Shown in pieces: positions 57,184-64,000 of a stretch of DNA of 64,000 nucleotides. A model generated the notes under the pieces. The model was given only the letters and a program-made list of their open reading frames with translations. It was not told where the DNA came from and made no database searches. The stretch lies in contig OY969474.1 in assembly GCA_963700145.1 (NCBI GenBank), positions 3,168,001 to 3,232,000 of the forward strand. Direction: 5' to 3'. Position 1 is the first letter of the stretch, and each line of letters opens with the position of its first letter. This DNA is from an uncultured Acidobacteriota bacterium (lineage in GTDB: Bacteria > Acidobacteriota > Thermoanaerobaculia > Multivoradales > UBA5704). The position numbers and the translations under genes are program-made.

Positions 57184-58079
57184 ACGGGCCGGCGGGGTTT
57201 CGTCAAACGGGGCGTGCGCTCCGGCACGTGGCGGGCGGGCGCTGGCTCGAGGTGCTCCTGCTGCAGGCGTCGCCGCTTCTGGGAGCGGCCTTCGGCGGCG
57301 GCGCGAGCGCCATCGGGCTCGGACGGCTGGCGACCCTGGCCGCCGGCAGCGTGCTGCTCACCGCGCACGTGTTCGTCTTCAACGACTGGGCCGGCCGCCA
57401 CGGCGATCTCAACGACCCTTACCGCGCTCCTCGCGTCTTCGCGCACCACGGCATCGGCAGCGGCACCGTCGCGGCGATCGCCGTCGCGCTGCTCGCCAAC
57501 GCGATGGCGGCGCTCGCCGCGCTCGGCTTCACCGCCGCCGGGCTGGGCGCGGCGATCGCGTGCCTCGGCATCCTCTACTCGGACACCGAAGCCGACGGCA
57601 AGGGAGTGCCCGTGCTCGCCTCGCTCATCCACCTGGTGGGCGGCGCGCTGCACTTCCTGCTCGGCTACACCGTCGCGCGGCCGATCGACCTTTCGGGGCT
57701 CGCCATCTCGCTCTTCTTCGGGCTGGTGTTCGCCGGCGGCCATCTCAACCAGGAGGTGCGGGACCGCGACGCCGACTTGCGCAACGGCATCCGCACGACC
57801 GCCGTCGTCTTCGGACCGCGGCGCGCCTTGCTCGCCAGCCTCGCCGTCTTCTCGGCCGCCCTCGGCGAGCTCGCCCTGCTCGCCGTGCGCGACGTCGTGC
57901 CGCGGCCGGTGCTCTGGGCGGTGGCGCTGCTCTGGCCGGTCCAGGTCGTGTGGACGCTGCGCGCGCTGCGCGGCGAGCCCGGCAGCGAACAGGCCCGCTG
58001 GCTGCAGCGGCGCTACCGGCTCCTCTTTGCCATTCTCGGTGTGGTCATGTTCTCCTCACTGGTCCGGTTCGAGCACTAG
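57180..58079 (+). CDS. UbiA family prenyltransferase
   Basis: FVFNDWAGRHGD, NQEVRDRDADLRNGIRTTAVVFG; ATGA overlap with the previous gene. Confidence 0.85.
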   Translation: MNGPAGFRQTGRALRHVAGGRWLEVLLLQASPLLGAAFGGGASAIGLGRLATLAAGSVLLTAHVFVFNDWAGRHGDLNDPYRAPRVFAHHGIGSGTVAAIAVALLANAMAALAALGFTAAGLGAAIACLGILYSDTEADGKGVPVLASLIHLVGGALHFLLGYTVARPIDLSGLAISLFFGLVFAGGHLNQEVRDRDADLRNGIRTTAVVFGPRRALLASLAVFSAALGELALLAVRDVVPRPVLWAVALLWPVQVVWTLRALRGEPGSEQARWLQRRYRLLFAILGVVMFSSLVRFEH

Positions 58080-58660
58080 GTCGAACCGGACCCTCCAGCC
58101 GGGCCTGCCGCGTTCCGCCTCCTCGGGCTGGAGCGGCACGACCAGCGATTCCTTCACCCACGGATCGCGACGCAGGTAGGGATCGCCGGCGAAGTAGAGC
58201 TGGGTGACGAGCCTGCGGTGGCCGGGGCAGGTGACGAGGAAGTGCACGTGCCGCGGCCGCGTGAGAACCCAGAGCGGATAGTGGCCCGGGATTCTGGAGA
58301 CGAAGCGATAGCGACCCTCGCCGTCGGACCGCAGGCGCCCGCGCAGGCGGTACCCTCGCGGATCGCCCGGCCTCGCGAGCCCGAGGAGGTTGGAGTAGAG
58401 CCCGCGGGCATCCGTTTGCCAGACGTCGAGCAACGCCGCCGGCAGCGGTACGCAGGTGCCGGCGGCGGTCACGGTGCCTTCGACGACCAGCCGCTGGCCC
58501 GGCTCGGAGGGATCGCAGAGAAGCTCGCGAAAGGGCGCGCCCCGTCGATAGACGGGACCCTTCACGCTGTCGGCGGTGGGAACGCACGCGACCGCCAGCC
58601 GGCGCGCGAGCGGGAGTAGGCGACTCACCACCGACGCATTCGAGTGCACGAGGCGTGCCC
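58056..58660 (-). CDS. Intradiol ring-cleavage dioxygenase-like protein (start unclear, possibly truncated)
   Basis: KGPVY, LDVWQTDARGLY, LRGR, PGHY, RPRHVHF, LVTQLYF. Confidence 0.75.
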
Positions 58661-58714
58661 CGAGGGCGCGGCACACGGCTTGCTCCCTTGCCTCGTGGCG
58701 CGGAGGTGGAGGCG

Positions 58715-59061
58715 ATGCCAGGACAAAGCGGGAAGGCGCGGACGAGGAAGAAGGGGCGACTGGCAGCCCAGCCCGGTCCAGGGGCCCATCGCGCCAGCGG
58801 TGGTCGGCGCGCGTTACCTGGGAAAGCAACGCGCTCGACTTGCGACCAGGGGTCTTCACGCTGGACGACCCGCGGGCGATCGCCCGCTCGCTCAAGCGAT
58901 CGGCCGAGCGCAGCCGGCGCCGCAAGAGCGATCCCTACCGGTCGGCGATGTCGATGCTGACCTTCTATCTCAACCGCGCCGGCAAGAGCCTGCCGGCGCG
59001 CCGGCGCCGCGTGCTGGAGCGGGCCAAGGAAGAGCTGCGCGACCTCTACCACCGGCGCTGA
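58715..59061 (+). CDS. DUF3175 family protein (possible frameshift near the 5' end)
   Basis: RWSARVTWESNALDL...SAMSMLTFYLNRAGK; the RBS-linked ATG at 58715 is in a different frame from the domain. Confidence 0.7.
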
Positions 59062-59359
59062 GCGCGGGCCTCGGCGCACCGCCGCAACGGTGCCAACTCA
59101 GCATACGGGATTCGCTCCCGAGCGCCCGAGCCGAAGGCGAGGGCGCGACGACCGAAGCCCGAATGCGCTGCTAAACCGAGCGAAGGCGAGGTTTGGTAGC
59201 CCATCCGGTGCTGAGTTCGAACCAAGTCTGGGATTCGAACCGCATTTTCGCCTGGCTCCATGAAGTCGCGGCCCTGAGGCCGGCGGCGTGAAGCGAAGCC
59301 TACGCCAGCTGCGCCTTCAGGTGCCCGTGCGCGTCTCCGGCCCCTGCCCTGCGGGCAGT

Positions 59360-59640
59360 CCGGGCGGCGCCGTGCGGTCCCTGAAAGCCAGATGCAGTCC
59401 TGGTGCGATCACTGCGGCGAAGTCCGGTTCGAGGTCCCGCAGCGAGCCCCCGCGATCCTCCGAAAAAATCGGTGGCATCAGGAGTCGACGGTCACCTTAC
59501 TCTTGCGCCTCGAACTTCCATCGCTGCCGCGTCGGGTTCCCGGCTTGGTTCTCGTCTTGGGCGAATCCGGACCGTCTCAGTCGATCCGAGATTTCTCGGT
59601 ACCTCCCTTGGTCGAAAGGGCGGTGGCGAGGCCGCCGCCG
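59360..59640 (-). pseudogene. Nucleotidyltransferase (AbiEii-like) fragment
   Basis: YREISDRLRRSGF..DENQAGNPTRQRW / KVTVD / LMPP...DFAAVIAPGLHLAFRDR spread across shifted frames. Confidence 0.45.
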
Positions 59641-59729
59641 TCCGTGAGCTCGGCCGGGAGGCACGCGCCGAAAACGGACGCCGCCGACCGTCTTCACAGG
59701 AGCTCATCCGACACAAGTGCGCTCGCGCA

Positions 59730-61844
59730 TCAGGTCCGCACCGAGACGTTCCTGAAGGTCGCCGTCGCGGGCAGACGGCTATCGTCAAGTCGCCCAGCGA
59801 GCTCCTTGGATCGGGGCACCCACAGGTTCGCATGCAGCCTCATCGGGAGATGGGGAAGCGGGGTGGGGTCCCAGCCTACGCGCTCGTGAACGACTCTGCC
59901 GTCTACGAACCAAGTAATGCAGCCGGGTCGCCATTCGGTGGCGTAGCAGTGGAAGTCGCGAGTGGCATCAAAGCCGAGGTCGATGTGGCAAGGGGAGCCC
60001 CGATAGCCAAAAGCCATCGTCGTCCCCTCGTCGCCTGGATTGAAGTACACATTCACCAGCATGCGAGTTGGGTCGCCGCCGGCGAGTTCAACGTCGATTT
60101 CCTGGCGTGGCGCATCTCGATGGAGGAAGAAGCCGGTGACTAGGCCGGCACCGGCAGCCGCCTGAATTTCCGCTTCGAAACGTCCGTACATGAACGAGCG
60201 GACGGAGGCGAACGCCCCGGAACGATAGGGCCTGCTTCCGAGCCCCGCCTTGGTGACAACGAGGCGCGCACCCTTTTCATCGTGCACAAGACCTTCCTTG
60301 GCGAAGGTCGCCAGATTGCCCGGGAAGGTTTCAACGAGCGGACGGAAGCAACTCGATGCCTGCCCCATCGGTGCGTGGATCAGGCGGCGTCCTGCAGACG
60401 GAGTCCTCCGCGCAGTCGGGATCGCCGGCTGCCAGCCGCTCCTAGGCGGCAAGACCCATGGCGAGTCGTCCATAGGGGGGACATTCCGGTGGAACAGAGT
60501 GGCGACGGCGCGCGGTGGAGCGTCGCGACGATCGTCTCGGAAAACCCGGAGGTCTGGCGCCGCTCCGCTAGGGAACGGCTGCGCAGGCTCCTCGAGGCGC
60601 AGGAAGGAGCAGAGAGGCTTCCAACGCTCTTGATCTCGCAGGTCGGCCGGAAGAATCAAGGTCCTATCGGAGGGGAACTGATCTCGCAATCTTGACGTTG
60701 AACGTGCCCCCTCCTCGATCAGGAACTTAGACTCACTCGTCGCAAGAGTTGCGGCCAGCGCGTTTGGGCTTAGCCGTGGATTGACGAGAGCGTCGAAGGT
60801 TTCAAAGGCAGTTGAGAGGGCCTCAACCTGAACCTCACCCTCGTCGTCATCGAAAGCTCGAACGCGGAGCCCAATCATCGACAAGGCCATGGAGAGGCTT
60901 TCCTGCTCGCCAGGTGTGGTCCACGCGAGCACGTGCCCGCCCTGCGGCCGATCGGATGGCGCTGGCTTCGAGCCCGCATCAGTGGTTCCAGCGCGCGCGA
61001 GGTAGGGCATGATTGAGTAGGAATTGTCAGAGCCGGCGTCCCGCCGCTGCAGGATCACCGGGGAAGAGAGCGCAAGCGCGCCGAGCGCCTCGAAGCGGTA
61101 ATTCATCCACAGGTCTACGGGACCAACTACGGGCATTGCCCGCAACAGTGCGGCCGCACCCTCCCGCGACAAAACATAGCCCGAGAGGAACCAGAGACCA
61201 CGGACCGGTCGGAACAGTCCGTCGGCCAAATCGGCGCGCTCCGCCGTGCCGCCAGCGTCTAAGTAAGAGAGGTAGAGAAGCGTCGGTCCGTCTCCAGGAC
61301 CGCAGTGCTTGAGCGCGGCGGCCCAGCCGCGGTCGATAGCAGCCGCTGCGCCAGGCCTGAACCAGACATCATCCTCAAGCACGAGCACGTAGTCCTCCGA
61401 GCCCGTCGCGACCGTTTTCCACACCTCAACGTGCGATCTCGCGACGGCCACCTCCTGCCGCGTCATCCTGACGGGCTCCTCGGCGCCAAAGCACGCAGCT
61501 AGCCTGGCGTCAGGCTGCACATGCAGCTGGTCCCCGACGCGATACACCGTGTCCACATCGGCGGTGGCCGCCACCGCTCGGCCATCGCGAGCATCCACCG
61601 CCGACAGCCTCCGTGTGATCGACGGCAGGGGCGCACCGTCGCAGGTTCTAAAGCGGCCAAGTTCGCGGCAAGTCCTTCGCCATCGCCGCGGCTGACGGTC
61701 AAGATTCACAACGACTATCGCTCCGATCCTGCATTTGCCCGCCCCGAACGCCGAGATCCGGCCTCCTGGAAGCAGGCCCGACACCGCTCGCGTGATCCGA
61801 AATCCAAGCCCCCGCAAGGGCCCGGAGGTCTTCGCGAGATTCAT
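59730..61844 (-). CDS. GT25 glycosyltransferase fused to C-terminal GH16 glycoside hydrolase
   Basis: VVNLDRQPRRW, EVAVARSH, VLEDDVWF, GYVLSREGA; YRSG...YGRFEA...QEIDVE...FHCYATEW...WFVDG. Confidence 0.85.
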   Translation of the reverse strand: MNLAKTSGPLRGLGFRITRAVSGLLPGGRISAFGAGKCRIGAIVVVNLDRQPRRWRRTCRELGRFRTCDGAPLPSITRRLSAVDARDGRAVAATADVDTVYRVGDQLHVQPDARLAACFGAEEPVRMTRQEVAVARSHVEVWKTVATGSEDYVLVLEDDVWFRPGAAAAIDRGWAAALKHCGPGDGPTLLYLSYLDAGGTAERADLADGLFRPVRGLWFLSGYVLSREGAAALLRAMPVVGPVDLWMNYRFEALGALALSSPVILQRRDAGSDNSYSIMPYLARAGTTDAGSKPAPSDRPQGGHVLAWTTPGEQESLSMALSMIGLRVRAFDDDEGEVQVEALSTAFETFDALVNPRLSPNALAATLATSESKFLIEEGARSTSRLRDQFPSDRTLILPADLRDQERWKPLCSFLRLEEPAQPFPSGAAPDLRVFRDDRRDAPPRAVATLFHRNVPPMDDSPWVLPPRSGWQPAIPTARRTPSAGRRLIHAPMGQASSCFRPLVETFPGNLATFAKEGLVHDEKGARLVVTKAGLGSRPYRSGAFASVRSFMYGRFEAEIQAAAGAGLVTGFFLHRDAPRQEIDVELAGGDPTRMLVNVYFNPGDEGTTMAFGYRGSPCHIDLGFDATRDFHCYATEWRPGCITWFVDGRVVHERVGWDPTPLPHLPMRLHANLWVPRSKELAGRLDDSRLPATATFRNVSVRT

Positions 61845-61863
61845 CGCGACGTGCGACCCTGCT

Positions 61864-62703
61864 TCATGACTCGGGGGCGTCCATGTTGCGCCAGTTACGA
61901 TGGTCACCCCGATACGAGAGGTCCCAGCGCGTCTCCGCGATAGCTTCCCAGTCCTCCAGTAGTTCGAAGTCGAAAGGCGCGCCCGCGAGAATGAGATCGC
62001 GGGCGTGCGCAACCAAGGCTGCCGTCAGGTTTCCCGGACCAGTCGTCGCTTGGATTTCAGGACGCGGATCATTGCCCAACAGCTTCCGGGTCGCACGCGT
62101 TAGGGCGCGGCGCAGGACGGGATGGCCGGCTGGTGCCGCGATTGGGTCGTTGTTCACGTAGAAGATGCGCGCCTCGGTAGGCAGATCGCGTCGCCAGATC
62201 TCAGCGACGGGGACCATCCGACCGGCTGGGATGTCGTAGCACAGCGGCTGCAGCTTCAGCTCGCCATTCCGGAAGATGGTCTTCCAGCCGTCCCCCAACA
62301 GCACGTCGTCCGCATCGACGTAAAATCCTCCTTCCGCAAAGAGGAAGCACAGTCTCAGGTAGTCGCTGCGCATCGCCGGATGCCGACAGCGGGCAAATGC
62401 GGCGCGCGTCCGCGCGTCGTATCGCATCGCAATGTAGGCGGCTGCCGACGCCTCGCTGAACGTTCGGAGTTCGAAGCCCGCTTCCGCCAGTCGGTCCCAG
62501 CTGGCGAGGCAAGTTCCCACGTCGTCAGGCAGATCATCCGGGTCGTTCCAATACCGGATGAGCGTTTTGGGGACAACGGGAGATCGGCTCGGGTGGTCGG
62601 CGTCAGGGGTCGTGGAGCGCTCCGCTTGTTGCAGTGTAATCGCCCGCATGAAGGTCGATCTGAGCAGATCATCCTCCTCGAACCCAGGTGAAAAGGTCTC
62701 CAT
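61864..62703 (-). CDS. DXD-motif glycosyltransferase (GT32-like)
   Basis: VPKTLIRYW, AMRSDYLR, GGFYVDAD, TTGPGNLT. Confidence 0.85.
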   Translation of the reverse strand: METFSPGFEEDDLLRSTFMRAITLQQAERSTTPDADHPSRSPVVPKTLIRYWNDPDDLPDDVGTCLASWDRLAEAGFELRTFSEASAAAYIAMRYDARTRAAFARCRHPAMRSDYLRLCFLFAEGGFYVDADDVLLGDGWKTIFRNGELKLQPLCYDIPAGRMVPVAEIWRRDLPTEARIFYVNNDPIAAPAGHPVLRRALTRATRKLLGNDPRPEIQATTGPGNLTAALVAHARDLILAGAPFDFELLEDWEAIAETRWDLSYRGDHRNWRNMDAPES

Positions 62704-62705
62704 GC

Positions 62706-64000
62706 TCAGCATGTCACGCGCTTGCCGGCCGGAAGCACTGATGTGTGCCGATAGCGTTGATACGGCTTGGAGGCTCTCCTGAGATAAGCGCGCCCTTCGA
62801 CGACAAAGCCGTCCAGGGCACGCTCTGACGCGTAGGCAGCGAGATCGCCTATATTGTTGATGAAGCCCCTCCCATTGAAGTTAAGAGAGGTGTTGCACAG
62901 CACGCCGTAGCCTGTGCGCGCTCTGAATGCGACAAGCAGGTCGTGCAGTCGTCGGTTGCTTGCTGGGGTGACCGTCTGGATGCGGGCGGTGCCGTTCACA
63001 TGCGTAACCGCTGCGAGCGCATCCGTCGTCGCCCGGTACGTGAAGAGCATGTAAGGGCTTGCATGATCACAGTCGAACCACTTGCCGGCCTCATCCAGCA
63101 GGCAGACCGGCGCGATGGGACGGAACTGTTCGCGTTGCTTGATCTCGTTCAGGCGTACTCGGCTGCTATCGTTGAACGGCGCTGCGAGGATGGACCTGTT
63201 GCCAAGCGCCCGCGGACCAATCTCATAGCGGCCATTCGCCCATCCTAAAATGGGTTCGTTCGCCAGGAGATCGGCGATTCGCTCATCGTCCGCTTCGTGG
63301 ATCTCGTACAGACCGGGATCGACCGCCCCCTCGGCCTGAAGCGGCAGGCCGGAGTAAACGTCCCACTCGATCGTCGGGTCCCCAGTGAAACGGAGCTGGG
63401 CGTCAATCGCCGTACCGATGGCGGATCCCGAGTCGTTGGCCACAGGTGGCACAAAGACTTCGGAAAAGTAGCCCGTCTCTCTCCACCGACTGTTCCAGTC
63501 GCAGTTGAGGCCACATCCACCGGCGATGACCAGAGGGCGCCCTGGCCTCAGATTCTTTTGAGCGAACCGGTAGAAGATGTCGAAAATCGCATCACTGTAG
63601 ATTCCCACGAAGTTTCGGAACTCCGGATCTTCAACGCCGACGTCCAAGTGTGGCGCGCGCTCGAGATCCTCGTAGGCGCTCAGCTCCCGATATGGCCCTT
63701 CCAGGAGGAATGTGAGCAGCTTTTTTTCCCGGGGGGACGGTGCGCTTCTGGTCGAGAATGACGCCAGCGCCATCAGCTTCCCCGCATCCGAGAGGCGCGG
63801 ATACAAGCCGGTCTTGGGGAAGGTCGGGTCAGCCAGTCCGTACAGCAGGGCGAAGCGGTTGCCCGGTTGGTTCAGGACGTCGGCGATGAGCTTGACGTTA
63901 AGCTCCGCATCGATTTCGTAGAAGGCGCCGATCGCACCTTCCCAGACCAACGCATAGCATGGCGCACCCTTGGGCAGACGGGACATGCCGAAAGCGCACA
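62706..64000 (-). CDS. O-carbamoyltransferase (NodU/CmcH family), 5' end beyond window
   Basis: AGKLMAL, IAGGCGLN, NDSGSAIG, EIGPRALGNRSIL, REQFRPIAP, HVNGTARIQT, NTSLN; frame open to the window edge. Confidence 0.92.
   Translation of the reverse strand, partial: CAFGMSRLPKGAPCYALVWEGAIGAFYEIDAELNVKLIADVLNQPGNRFALLYGLADPTFPKTGLYPRLSDAGKLMALASFSTRSAPSPREKKLLTFLLEGPYRELSAYEDLERAPHLDVGVEDPEFRNFVGIYSDAIFDIFYRFAQKNLRPGRPLVIAGGCGLNCDWNSRWRETGYFSEVFVPPVANDSGSAIGTAIDAQLRFTGDPTIEWDVYSGLPLQAEGAVDPGLYEIHEADDERIADLLANEPILGWANGRYEIGPRALGNRSILAAPFNDSSRVRLNEIKQREQFRPIAPVCLLDEAGKWFDCDHASPYMLFTYRATTDALAAVTHVNGTARIQTVTPASNRRLHDLLVAFRARTGYGVLCNTSLNFNGRGFINNIGDLAAYASERALDGFVVEGRAYLRRASKPYQRYRHTSVLPAGKRVTC

Overview
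High-GC window whose gene content (ECF sigma/Ser-Thr kinase pair, PadR plus ADOP permease, IPTL-CTERM protein, expanded TPR/HTH families) suggests an Acidobacteriota genome, probably Thermoanaerobaculia-like; this is an inference. 1-35 kb holds mostly secreted, surface and signalling genes, including a leukocidin/VCC-like pore-forming candidate. 35-51 kb is an accessory defence/toxin-antitoxin island: type IIG RM, TIR protein, VapBC45-like pair, SymE, AbiE loci and decayed MazEF/DarG/NTase/amidase remnants. 51-64 kb holds hydrolases, a GT-C/class II terpene cyclase fusion with UbiA, and a carbamoyltransferase-GT32-GT25/GH16 cluster. The top candidate for an undescribed system is 29275-32573. 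There a split HTTM (vitamin K-dependent gamma-carboxylase-like) gene pair precedes a lipoprotein and a secreted HExxH protein. The mature N-terminus of that protein is two tandem copies of the vertebrate Gla-domain core E-C-x-E-E-x-C-x-x-E-E-x-x-E. All assignments are by-eye motif recognition; no searches were run.
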